From NCBI GenBank assembly GCA_963664115.2, contig CAXWPJ010000006.1, positions 192,001 through 256,000 of the forward strand: a DNA stretch of 64,000 nucleotides. Reading direction: 5' to 3'. The DNA comes from Terriglobia bacterium. Lineage in GTDB: Bacteria; Acidobacteriota; Terriglobia; 20CM-2-55-15. Each line of letters opens with the position of its first letter. Positions within the stretch are counted from its first letter, which is position 1. Shown here piece after piece: positions 39,070 to 48,184 of this stretch. Below the pieces are notes generated by a model. It did not search any database. It saw nothing but the letters and a program-made list of their open reading frames with translations, and had not been told where the DNA came from. The position numbers and the translations under genes were made by a program.

Positions 39070-39924
39070 ATGAACTGCACGAGGGAAGGGTTGCTGCGAC
39101 AAAGAGTTCGAACCGCGTTGGGATTTTCGATTTTCGCCCTGCTTCTGCTGGGTTGTATGCCGATCCAGCTGTCGGCACAGCTGCCCGACGCGTCCAACGG
39201 AGTGCCGGATCTGACCGGAATCTGGTCGAGAGGTAGAAATAACTGTACGCCTAATGGCGTGACCTGCCCCTTCATCTTCAGCGAAATTCCACTGAAAGCG
39301 CGTGCGATAGGATTCATGGCCGCGTGGGACGAGGCCGCGGGACCCAAGTACGATTGTGTGCCGGCGACGTCACCGTCTGTTGTGGCGGACCCGTATTCCA
39401 TTCAGATCGAGCAACAGATAGACCGCGTCATCTTCACTTACGAGAAGGACGACATCATTCGGACAGTCTGGCTGGAGGGTCACGGACACCCGGACCCGCA
39501 ACCCTACGACTTTACAGTGCAGGGATACTCGACCGGCCGATATGAGGACGGAAACCTTGTCGTTGAGACGACGAAGTTCACCTTCGATCCGCACGGGCTG
39601 GACGACATGGCGAACGTGCCATCCTCCACGTTGAAGCGCGTCGTTGAAAGTTCCTCCACGTTGAAGTGCGTCGTTGAAAGTTATTCGTCGGATGGAGAAA
39701 ACATGAGGGCGGAGGTGGTGACAGAAGATCCCGTCTTTCTAAACGGGCCGATCCAGTTTGCCATTGAGTGGGTTCCCCAGGACGAACCCTTGATACTTCC
39801 ATATGCCTGCCTGCCAGAACTGGCGAGACAGCCGGCGCAGTTTATTCCTTCAAAATACGAAGATCCGGACATGTTCAGGGTGCGCCTTCCCGCTGCATTT
39901 CCACCGGCTGGAGAGCCCGAGTGA
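39070..39924 (+). CDS. secreted hypothetical protein (PDLTGIW type, DUF6152 neighbour)
   Basis: signal peptide; PDLTGIW, YDCVP, R.VWL.G..HP, GYSTGRYEDGNLVVET, EDPVFL, C-terminal YAC. Confidence 0.72.
   Translation: MNCTREGLLRQRVRTALGFSIFALLLLGCMPIQLSAQLPDASNGVPDLTGIWSRGRNNCTPNGVTCPFIFSEIPLKARAIGFMAAWDEAAGPKYDCVPATSPSVVADPYSIQIEQQIDRVIFTYEKDDIIRTVWLEGHGHPDPQPYDFTVQGYSTGRYEDGNLVVETTKFTFDPHGLDDMANVPSSTLKRVVESSSTLKCVVESYSSDGENMRAEVVTEDPVFLNGPIQFAIEWVPQDEPLILPYACLPELARQPAQFIPSKYEDPDMFRVRLPAAFPPAGEPE
39622..39681 (+). repeat. in-frame 30-bp tandem duplication
   Basis: TCCTCCACGTTGAAG(C/T)GCGTCGTTGAAAGT x2, encoding SSTLKRVVES/SSTLKCVVES. Confidence 0.95.
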
Positions 39925-39979
39925 GTCAAACAGAGGGTCCTGATTCTCAAATGCTGGACTATAAAAAGAGGTTAATAGC

Positions 39980-40351
39980 ATGCGATACTTTTTTCCCGGT
40001 CTGATTTTAACCGGCCTCTGTTTGTCAGCTCTTCCCGGGTTTGCCCACCACGCGACGACAGCCTTCTACCATCAGGATCAGTGGGTGGAGATCGAGGGTG
40101 TCGTCCAGCAGTGGCTCTTCAGGAATCCGCATCCCGTCCTTTACGTCCAGGCTCCTGACGCGGATGGAGAGATCCGGGTGTTTGAGATCGGTTTCGCCCC
40201 GGCAACTGTGTTGGCAAAGCGAGGGTGGAGTACGGAAACCTTTCAGGAGGGCGATGTCATTCAAGCGAGAGGGCACCCGTCCAAGGCGCCAGGGACCTAT
40301 GGGTTAAGTGGAGCGGCGATCCGTCGGGAGGATGGCACCGAAGTCCGTTAG
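39980..40351 (+). CDS. DUF6152-like secreted protein (paralog of 38568..38960)
   Basis: PGFA|HHATT; DQWVEIEGVVQQWLFRNPHPVLY; FAPATVLAK.GW..ETF; ARGHPSKAPGTYG. Confidence 0.8.
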   Translation: MRYFFPGLILTGLCLSALPGFAHHATTAFYHQDQWVEIEGVVQQWLFRNPHPVLYVQAPDADGEIRVFEIGFAPATVLAKRGWSTETFQEGDVIQARGHPSKAPGTYGLSGAAIRREDGTEVR

Positions 40352-40478
40352 AGGGCTCCTGGAGGTTGTCGAAAGTCATAGTCCTTAGGTCTTGCGCCAA
40401 CCCGTGTAAGTTGAATAAAATTGGCTGTTTCGAATAGCTACATCTGCATATAAATCACAATTGGGTATAAGGAGATTT

Positions 40479-41498
40479 ATGACTCGAATCAGTGGAGCCT
40501 CATTGCTGCTCGTTATAGTCGGGCTGATGGCTCAACCGGTAGAAGCCCGTCCGGAATTCTTCATGCAGTTCCAGAGTGATCCGTTTCGGAACGTGGAGCT
40601 GGATACCTGCGGGGTTTGTCACGAGAATCCGGGAGGCGGCGGTCCTCGAAACGAATTCGGTCTGACCTTCGCTGAGGCAGGATTCCAGATCACGCCGATG
40701 ATGAGGGCGAATTATCCGGACCGATTCACGGTCACAACGTTGGAAACCGGAAACACACCCACGATCTCGGAACCGAACGTTGTCTCCAAAATTTACTTGT
40801 CGGACCCGGACAATGAATTGATGGTTGTCGAGTTTCTTGCGATAGACGAGGCCAACGCTTTGCTGGAACCCACAATGCAGGTCGTGAGTCTGTTGGGCGG
40901 TGCGGTCGGGGGGGAAGATGACCAGACGCCGGAGAATTCGATGAGCTTCTTCATTACCAGTACAGGTCCCGGCGATGGGGCCAACCTGGGCGGGTTGGCC
41001 GGCGCGGACGCGCATTGCCAGTCACTTGCGGACGCCGCAGGGCATGCAGACAAGACCTGGCGCGCATACCTCAGCACGAGCTTTGATGGAGAGCCCGCCC
41101 TCAACGCAGGCGACCGCGTCGGCGGCGGCCCCTGGTATAACGCCAATGGGCTTCTCGTTGCGCAGGGCGTGCTCGACTTGCACAGTGACGGGAACCGGCT
41201 TAGTAAAATGGGCTCTCTGAATGAAAGAGGAGAAGTCGTCAACGGCAGGGGAGACGATCCCAACCGCCACGATATCCTTACAGGAACCCTGTTAAACGGT
41301 ATGGCGGCAGTCGACATGAATTGCAGCAATTGGACCAGCAATGGTGAGGGCAGCGCTCTGCTGGGTCACCATGACCGCGAAGGTGGGGGGGACAATGGTA
41401 GTTCCTGGAATTCAGCCCATGCTTCGAGAAGTTGCAGTCAGGCCGACTTGCAGGCGACCGGCGGCGACGGCCTGTTCTACTGCTTCGCTATCGACTAA
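40479..41498 (+). CDS. secreted CxxCH domain + lectin/endostatin-like domain fusion protein
   Basis: signal VEA|RPEF; CGVCH; C-terminal MSFFITS.GPG.GANLGGLAGADAHCQ..TWRAYLS..HDILTG..C.NWTS..GHHDR..WNSAH.S..CS..GGDGLFYCFA. Confidence 0.8.
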   Translation: MTRISGASLLLVIVGLMAQPVEARPEFFMQFQSDPFRNVELDTCGVCHENPGGGGPRNEFGLTFAEAGFQITPMMRANYPDRFTVTTLETGNTPTISEPNVVSKIYLSDPDNELMVVEFLAIDEANALLEPTMQVVSLLGGAVGGEDDQTPENSMSFFITSTGPGDGANLGGLAGADAHCQSLADAAGHADKTWRAYLSTSFDGEPALNAGDRVGGGPWYNANGLLVAQGVLDLHSDGNRLSKMGSLNERGEVVNGRGDDPNRHDILTGTLLNGMAAVDMNCSNWTSNGEGSALLGHHDREGGGDNGSSWNSAHASRSCSQADLQATGGDGLFYCFAID

Positions 41499-41530
41499 GC
41501 CGCTGACTCTCTGCGACAGTATTTTCTCGA

Positions 41531-41571
41531 AGAAGGTCCCTGGCCGTTGGGCAAGGGACCTTCTGTTGTTT
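41531..41571 (+). terminator. Rho-independent terminator
   Basis: AGAAGGTCCCT/AGGGACCTTCT 11-bp stem followed by GTTGTTT. Confidence 0.65.
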
Positions 41572-41645
41572 GTGGCTGGCGCTACGAGCCGAGTGCTCTG
41601 GGTCTGGTACGATTCCGAGACCGTGCATTGTGGATTCGATTTGAA

Positions 41646-41681
41646 GTCTCAAGATTGGTCTCAAGATTGGTTTCAAGAATG
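41646..41681. repeat. three 12-bp tandem repeats upstream of the LLM gene
   Basis: GTCTCAAGATTG GTCTCAAGATTG GTTTCAAGAATG. Confidence 0.75.
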
Positions 41682-41692
41682 AAGGTGACGCT

Positions 41693-42778
41693 TTGAAATT
41701 TGGATATTTCACCTTAAGCGACAACGCGTACCCGAATAATCCCCGTTCACCTGAACAGTTCATTACAGAGATTCGGGAGCAAGCGATCTACGCCGACCAA
41801 TTGGGTATGCACTCGGCATGGATTGGAGAGCATCACTTCGATTCTCTTGGAGTCAATTCGCGTCCGGGTACCTTGCTGGCCAGCATTGTCCCGGTAACGA
41901 AGAATATCCGGCTCGCGCCTGCGGTTGCCGTACTCCCATTGCACCACCCTCTCGATGTTGCGGAAGAATGGGCCACGATCGATTTGATTTCCGGTGGTCG
42001 CGTGGACTTCGCGGCGGGCCGCGGCTACGACAGGCGGGAGTATGATCCCTTCGGGGCTCCGTTTATGGAGTCCGCAGAAATATTTTCCGAGTCCATCGAT
42101 GTCATTCTGAAAGCCTGGAACTCACCCGGCCCCTGGTCGCACGAAGGAAAATACTTCCAGATACCGGAGATGCAGATCACGCCGCACCCGCTTCAGAAAC
42201 CGATTCCTTTCTTCATCGCGAGCTTCTCTGAAACCAGTGTTGATATTGCTGCCAAACGGGGCCTGAACATCATCTACGCACCGTTTGCCGCGGGGATGGT
42301 ATTCGGAGGTCTCGACCGGGCCGTAGATATATATCGGGAAAAATGCGCGAGTCACGACCGCACCGCGGGGCGGACCTTGTGCAGCTACTTTGTCCACTTC
42401 GCGGACACACCCGAAGAGGAAGAGTTTGGACGGCAGGCTCAGATGTCATACTTCAAGAACTGCGCCTTGCCTGCTTTCCCGAAGAATCCCGCGAAAATGC
42501 CGCCCACAATGCAGTACTTCATGAAGATCTGCGACATCCTCGAGAACATGCAGAAGGAAGACCTGACGGACAAATCGATTCTCATCGGTCCATCTTCGAA
42601 GGCCATCGAAACTCTTAAACGAGTCGAAGCTGCGGGAATTACCGAGGTCATCCTTTATTTCAACGTCGGCAATAAACCCCACCAGTTGGTAAAGGAGCAA
42701 ATGGCCAAGTTTATGGAAGAGGTTGCGCCCGCGTTCGAGGGGGGGACGGACACTTCAGAGTTCGGGATAAATCCCTGA
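41693..42778 (+). CDS. luciferase-like (LLM) flavin-dependent oxidoreductase
   Basis: AWIGEHHF, IRLAPAV.VLPLHHPL.VAEE.ATID.ISGGRVDF..GRGY, PHPLQKP, FMEEVAPAF. Confidence 0.92.
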   Translation: MKFGYFTLSDNAYPNNPRSPEQFITEIREQAIYADQLGMHSAWIGEHHFDSLGVNSRPGTLLASIVPVTKNIRLAPAVAVLPLHHPLDVAEEWATIDLISGGRVDFAAGRGYDRREYDPFGAPFMESAEIFSESIDVILKAWNSPGPWSHEGKYFQIPEMQITPHPLQKPIPFFIASFSETSVDIAAKRGLNIIYAPFAAGMVFGGLDRAVDIYREKCASHDRTAGRTLCSYFVHFADTPEEEEFGRQAQMSYFKNCALPAFPKNPAKMPPTMQYFMKICDILENMQKEDLTDKSILIGPSSKAIETLKRVEAAGITEVILYFNVGNKPHQLVKEQMAKFMEEVAPAFEGGTDTSEFGINP

Positions 42779-42812
42779 TACTCCAGGATCGATTTCTGAA
42801 GTGTCCGTCCCC
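42742..42812. repeat. 18-bp perfect inverted repeat (REP/MITE-like or bidirectional terminator)
   Basis: GGGGACGGACACTTCAGA (42742-42759) / TCTGAAGTGTCCGTCCCC (42795-42812), between convergent genes. Confidence 0.85.
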
Positions 42813-43699
42813 TTAGTCGATGGCGAAACAGTAGAACAATCCGTCGCCGCCGGTCGCCTGCAGGTTTTCCTGGCTGCATCCCCTGGACGGGTGGGCCGCG
42901 TTCCACTGATCGCGATCATGGTGGCCCAGCATCGCCTGACCTTCCTCACCGCCGTTGGTCCAGCTTTCACACGTTAACGAATACCCTGCGTCGGCCATGT
43001 TCAGCAGGTCCAGCAATTCCCACGGCCACGCAGTACCATTCGGGCGTGAACCGGTGAGGATGTCGTGGCGGTTGACCTCATCTCCGCCGCCGCTGACGAT
43101 TTCACCGCGCTCGTTTAACGCTGTCTCCTTCCTGAGGTTATTGCTGCTCGAATGCAGTTGCTCGATATTGTTGGAGATCATGATGCCCCGAGCGTTGTAC
43201 CAGGGGCCCGGGCCAATCCGGTCACGCGCGTCCACAGGTTCCGTCTCACTGGTGATGCTCAGGTACGCCCGCCACGTTTTGTTTCCTGCGCCCACGCCTT
43301 CCGTAAGCAACTGGCAGTGTCCGTCCGCACCTGACAGTCCCCCAGATCACCGCCCCTTCCGGGACCATTGCTGGTCAGGAAAAAGCTGAAGTTCTGAGGA
43401 AGATCTCCCAGACTCTGGGTGCCAGGGGCTGATTCTGTGGCCGCGCTGAGGAACATGTCGGGATACTCCTGGCGCAGTGCAGGAGTTATTGAATATCCCG
43501 CGATCTCGAAACCGCGACCAAAGACGTTGCGGGGTCCGCCGCCTCCAGGATCCTGATGGCAGACGCTGCAACCATCGATCCCGGGACGCCGCATCGGATC
43601 GGCCAGATAGTCATCGAGGAACTCAGGAAATGCCGAGGCGGGAAGCGAGATCGATCCAAGTAAGAGTAGCAACATGAACATTCGATTTGTCCCAATCAT
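42813..43699 (-). CDS. second CxxCH + lectin/endostatin-like fusion protein; frameshift in a G5 run (43339-43343)
   Basis: ASA|FPEF..CSVCHQDPGGGGPRN; FSFFLTSNGPGRGGDLG, and adding one G gives GLSGADGHCQLLTEG..TWRAYLS..GGDGLFYCFAID. Confidence 0.78.
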
Positions 43700-43944
43700 T
43701 GAGTCCCTTTCGTTAAGTAATAATTCCGTGAGGGCTTCTAAAGGCGTAGTTTACGCCGCCTTTCGGAGTTGAGGCAACCGTCGGTCACGCCCTTCAAATG
43801 GTTACTATCGACAGACTCCACTGTCCTTGTGATTGAATCATCCCTTCACGATTCCGTTATTGGATTTGCCGTATAGATCGTGCAGGATAGCTTCAGATGC
43901 AGACGCCTGCCCAGTTTGTGACCAATCTGAAGGAGATTCGGCGG

Positions 43945-45066
43945 ATGAAAGGATTAGTCCTTTCGATTGCGTTGATAATGACCGCATGGGTGCAATTCGG
44001 GCACACTGAACCCCAGACCCGCCAGCTGCCTCCACCCGGACTGCCCACCCCTGTGGCAGATGTGGCGGACCCTGTCACGAACATCAAAACACGACTTATC
44101 GAAGCCGCCACTCGGGGAGAAACTGCAGAGGTCGGGCAACTTCTTGAAGAAGGGGCCGACGTGAATACGATGAATCCCAGTGGTTTCACCCTACTCCTTC
44201 TGACTGGTCTCGAAGGCCACGTCGATACGATGCGGCTACTGGCCGAGGCTGGTGCTGATCTGGAGGTCCGGGATGGCAACGGTGCGACGGCGCTGATTCC
44301 ACTGGTTGCCGAGGGCCGGATCGATTCACTCAGGGCATTGCTCGAGCTCGGGGCTGATGTCGATGCCGCTGATGACAACGGTGCGACGGCTCTGATGGTG
44401 GCAGGTTTCCACGGTCTCTACGAAGTCGTTAAAGTCCTGCTCGCCGCTGGCGCCAGTGTCGATTCTGAAGACTTCAATGGGGCGACGCCGTTGTTGTGGG
44501 CGGCCTCGCGAGGCGAACAGCGCACAATCGAGCTCCTTCTCGACGGCGGATCCGATGTCAACCGGAAGGATGTCAACGGATGGACCGCATCCATGGTTGC
44601 GGCGATTCAGGGTCGCATCCAGGCTGTGGGGGTTCTGATTGATCGCGGCGCGGACCTGAGTATCCGAAACAACGGAGGGGGCACGGCGTTGATGGGGGCA
44701 GCCCTGGCAGGTCATGCCGATGTCCTCCAGATACTCCTGGATGCGGGGGGCGACGTCAACGCGGCTGACGCAGATGGTATTACAGCGTTGATGTGGGCTG
44801 CGTCGGAGGGACACATCGACGGTTTTGACAGACTGCTCCGTGGGGGTGCAGACGTCAACGCGGTTGCGGTTGATGGAGGGACGGCCTTGGTGATGACTGC
44901 ATCCGGGGGGCATGCGGAAGTGGCTCGGCGCCTCCTCGATTCCGGAGCCGCCGTCGATTCCCGAACCACTAATGGGGGTGAGGCCCTTGCGGCGGCTCTG
45001 GCCGGTGGTTACACGGAGATTGTGGTCATGTTGCGGAGGGCCGGAGCCCGCCAACCCGCACGATAG
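43945..45066 (+). CDS. secreted ankyrin repeat protein
   Basis: signal peptide; many G.TALM.AA..G...LL..GADVNA repeats. Confidence 0.9.
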   Translation: MKGLVLSIALIMTAWVQFGHTEPQTRQLPPPGLPTPVADVADPVTNIKTRLIEAATRGETAEVGQLLEEGADVNTMNPSGFTLLLLTGLEGHVDTMRLLAEAGADLEVRDGNGATALIPLVAEGRIDSLRALLELGADVDAADDNGATALMVAGFHGLYEVVKVLLAAGASVDSEDFNGATPLLWAASRGEQRTIELLLDGGSDVNRKDVNGWTASMVAAIQGRIQAVGVLIDRGADLSIRNNGGGTALMGAALAGHADVLQILLDAGGDVNAADADGITALMWAASEGHIDGFDRLLRGGADVNAVAVDGGTALVMTASGGHAEVARRLLDSGAAVDSRTTNGGEALAAALAGGYTEIVVMLRRAGARQPAR

Positions 45067-45155
45067 CCTCTGAAAGAGCAATAAGAGAAGATCGACCCGC
45101 TATATTTCTTTCCTTCAGCAGCAACTGTAAGGACCCGATACTAAGGAGAACATTT

Positions 45156-47060
45156 ATGAGTATCCGATGGACGACGACCCTGGCCCTGGCAGCCGTGCTG
45201 ATGGCCCCGGAAACCGGCATGGGCCGTGCGCAAAACACTGATTGGCCGATGTACAACCATGACCTGTACGGTACGCGCCATTCGCCGTTGAGCGAAATCA
45301 ACACGGACAACGTCGGGGACCTCGCCCAGGCTTGGTCTTTCAATATAGGTCGGCTTGCCAGCTCGGGAGGTCTCACCGGAGGCTCTGAGGCGACACCCAT
45401 CGTCGTAGACGGCGTGATGTTCCTGCCACTTGCCGATGCTGTCATTGCCCTGGACGCGGCGACAGGGGAGGAGATCTGGAAGTATCAGATGTCGATCGAT
45501 GACCCGCCTTCCCGGCGCGGCGTTTCATACTGGGCGGGAAATAGCGACACTGCCGCACGGATCTACGTCACCTCAGGCCGCCAGCTCATCGGGTTGAGCG
45601 CCTTCACCGGTGAGCCTACCGCGAATTTCGGTGACGGTGGCATTGTGGACATGGTCCAGGCTTACAACGGCGTACCCGCTGTATTTGAAAACCTGCTGCT
45701 CGTGGGGACCAACGGCGTTCCAGGTGCCGTCCGCACCATTGATGCTGTCACGGGAGACTTGGTTTGGGAGTTCCGTTCGGTTCCACAACCCGGTGAGTTT
45801 GGAAACGACACATGGGAAGGAGACAGTTGGATGGACCGGACAGGCACCTACAGTTGGGCCTTTGCTCCGACCATGGACCCGGAACGCGGAATCTATTACG
45901 CAGTATTTGAGACCGCAGGGCCGATTGACTACTGGGGTGGAGACCGCATCGGCGACAACCTGTTTGCAGGTTCGATCGTTGCGCTGGACATTCGAACGGG
46001 CGAAAGGCTGTGGCACTACCAGACCGTGCATCATGATCTCTGGGATTATGACCTGCCATCTTCGCCCACGTTGTTGGATGTGAACGTGGACGGAGAAATT
46101 GTTCCCGTCCTCGCGCAGACCGCTAAGACTGGTTACATGTACATTCTGAATCGTGTCACGGGAGAACCTGTCTTCGGGATTGAAGAAGTTCCCATGCCCC
46201 CGACCTCGGTTCCCGAAGATCAGGCTTCACTGACCCAACCGGTCCCGGTGAAACCGCCACCACTGGCTCGAGTGAGTTACAGTCCCGAAGACCTGGTGAC
46301 GGCTGAGGACACCAATGCTGAACATGCCGCTTTCTGTGCGGAGTTGGTGGAGCGTAGCGGAGGCTTCTACAACGCCGGCCCGTTTACGCCCTATGTGTTC
46401 CGTGAAGAAGGTGCGCCTCCTTATTCTACGGTTATCTTCCCCGGATCAGTGGGGGGCGCGAACTGGGGTGGAAACACGGCCGATCCGACCTTGGGCTATG
46501 TCATCGTTAACACGATGAGCGAAGGCAGCTTTGGTTGGATCGAGAGAAGCCCTGAAGGCGAGCGCGTGCCCTACCGGCGGAACAGCATTGTCGGACGGAC
46601 TTCGCGCTTCCAGTGGTCCGACAACACGCCGGACTCGGGTGGGAACATCGTCGGAGCCGGTGAGATGGGGTGGCCCTGCCAGAAACCACCCTGGGGTGAG
46701 TTGGTGGCTGTCGACGCTAACACGGGTGACATCGCCTGGAGGGTTCCTCTCGGCATCACGGAGGAACTTCCCCTCGAAAAGCAGCAGACGGGACGCCTGA
46801 ATTTCGGGGGCCCGATATCCACGGCCGGGGGTCTGGTGTTCATAGGCGCCAGCAATGACCGGCGCTTCCGCGCGTTCGATACCCGAACGGGTGAAGAACT
46901 CTGGACCCAAGTTCTGGTGATGAGTGCCCACTCAGTTCCAATTTCCTATGCCGTTGACGGCAAGCAGTACGTGGCTGTTGTGGCGGGCGGCCAGCGCGGC
47001 GACGTCGACGACCCCGGCCCGGAAGGCGCCGAGGCCGTCGTTGTTTTTGCCCTGCCATAG
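45156..47060 (+). CDS. periplasmic PQQ-dependent dehydrogenase (glucose/quinate/shikimate-like, no TM domain)
   Basis: signal; DWPMYN..RHSPL.EIN.DNV..L..AW; EATPIVVDG; WHYQTVHHDLWDYD; PCQKPPWG; GGPISTAGGLVFIG; P.SY.VDGKQYVAV. Confidence 0.88.
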   Translation: MSIRWTTTLALAAVLMAPETGMGRAQNTDWPMYNHDLYGTRHSPLSEINTDNVGDLAQAWSFNIGRLASSGGLTGGSEATPIVVDGVMFLPLADAVIALDAATGEEIWKYQMSIDDPPSRRGVSYWAGNSDTAARIYVTSGRQLIGLSAFTGEPTANFGDGGIVDMVQAYNGVPAVFENLLLVGTNGVPGAVRTIDAVTGDLVWEFRSVPQPGEFGNDTWEGDSWMDRTGTYSWAFAPTMDPERGIYYAVFETAGPIDYWGGDRIGDNLFAGSIVALDIRTGERLWHYQTVHHDLWDYDLPSSPTLLDVNVDGEIVPVLAQTAKTGYMYILNRVTGEPVFGIEEVPMPPTSVPEDQASLTQPVPVKPPPLARVSYSPEDLVTAEDTNAEHAAFCAELVERSGGFYNAGPFTPYVFREEGAPPYSTVIFPGSVGGANWGGNTADPTLGYVIVNTMSEGSFGWIERSPEGERVPYRRNSIVGRTSRFQWSDNTPDSGGNIVGAGEMGWPCQKPPWGELVAVDANTGDIAWRVPLGITEELPLEKQQTGRLNFGGPISTAGGLVFIGASNDRRFRAFDTRTGEELWTQVLVMSAHSVPISYAVDGKQYVAVVAGGQRGDVDDPGPEGAEAVVVFALP

Positions 47061-47146
47061 CGACAGTCTTCGAGATGGTGACAGCTACGCTTTTAGGTAA
47101 AAGGGTGTCCATCCCCATTTTTAGTTGCACTGCTTAAGGAGGAACC

Positions 47147-48181
47147 GTGCCGGGTTCGACGCTGTTACCGGCATCTCTAGTCGGATCTTACGCGCAACCG
47201 GACTGGCTGATAGACCGCGAGAAACTGGCCGGGCGTTTTCCACCACGCGTCCGGGCCACCGAGCTCTGGCGTGTGGATCCGCAGTGGATTGAAGAGGCTC
47301 AGGACGATGCGACGCTGCTGGCCATTCTTGATCAGGAACGTGCGGGCCTCGACATCATTACTGACGGCGAGATGCGGCGGGAGAGCTACTCGAACCGTTT
47401 CGCAACGGCGCTGGAAGGCGTCGACATAGAAAACCCCGGGACTGCGCTCGACCGCAGTGGCCACGCGAACCCCGTCCCTCGCGTAACCGGGAAGATTCGC
47501 AGAAAACATCCCGTCCAGGTGCGTGACCTAGAGTTCTTAAGGGCCAACACCGATCGTATGGTGAAGGTCACCGTGCCTGGCCCGTACACGATGTCGCAGC
47601 AGGCACAGAACGACTTTTACGACGATCAGGAAGTAATGGCGCTGGATTACGCCGCAGCTGTAAACGAAGAAATTAAAGACTTATTCGCAGCTGGAGCGGA
47701 CATCGTCCAGATTGACGAACCCTATATGCAAGCCCGCCCGGAGAAGGCCCGTAAGTATGGATTGAACGTGCTAAATCGAGCCTTGGATGGTGTAAAGGGG
47801 AAGACAGCCGTCCATCTCTGTTTCGGCTATGCAGCTATCATCCATGAGAGGCCGGAGGGTTATTCCTTCCTGCCCGAACTCGCGGACGCACATGTAGATC
47901 AGATATCGATCGAGACGGCGCAGTCTTCGCTGGACTGTAGAGTTCTTGAGACTCTTCCTGGCAAGACCATCATTTTGGGAGTGATCGACCTTTCGACCGA
48001 CGAAGTGGAGACTGCCGAAGTCGTCGCCCAGCGGATCCGCCGGGCCTTGCCGCACGTAGACAGACATCGGATCATCGTAGCGCCGGACTGCGGCATGAAG
48101 TATCTGCCACGAGCCTCTGCCCTCGGAAAGATGCAGGCGATGGTGGCCGGCGCCGCCTTGGTTCGATCCGAAGTCGAGTAG
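47147..48181 (+). CDS. cobalamin-independent methionine synthase II / Zn thiol-alkyltransferase family (single barrel)
   Basis: VGSY.QP, GLDIITDGEMRR, QIDEP, Zn ligands HLC...E...PDCG. Confidence 0.85.
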   Translation: MPGSTLLPASLVGSYAQPDWLIDREKLAGRFPPRVRATELWRVDPQWIEEAQDDATLLAILDQERAGLDIITDGEMRRESYSNRFATALEGVDIENPGTALDRSGHANPVPRVTGKIRRKHPVQVRDLEFLRANTDRMVKVTVPGPYTMSQQAQNDFYDDQEVMALDYAAAVNEEIKDLFAAGADIVQIDEPYMQARPEKARKYGLNVLNRALDGVKGKTAVHLCFGYAAIIHERPEGYSFLPELADAHVDQISIETAQSSLDCRVLETLPGKTIILGVIDLSTDEVETAEVVAQRIRRALPHVDRHRIIVAPDCGMKYLPRASALGKMQAMVAGAALVRSEVE

Positions 48182-48184
48182 GTT

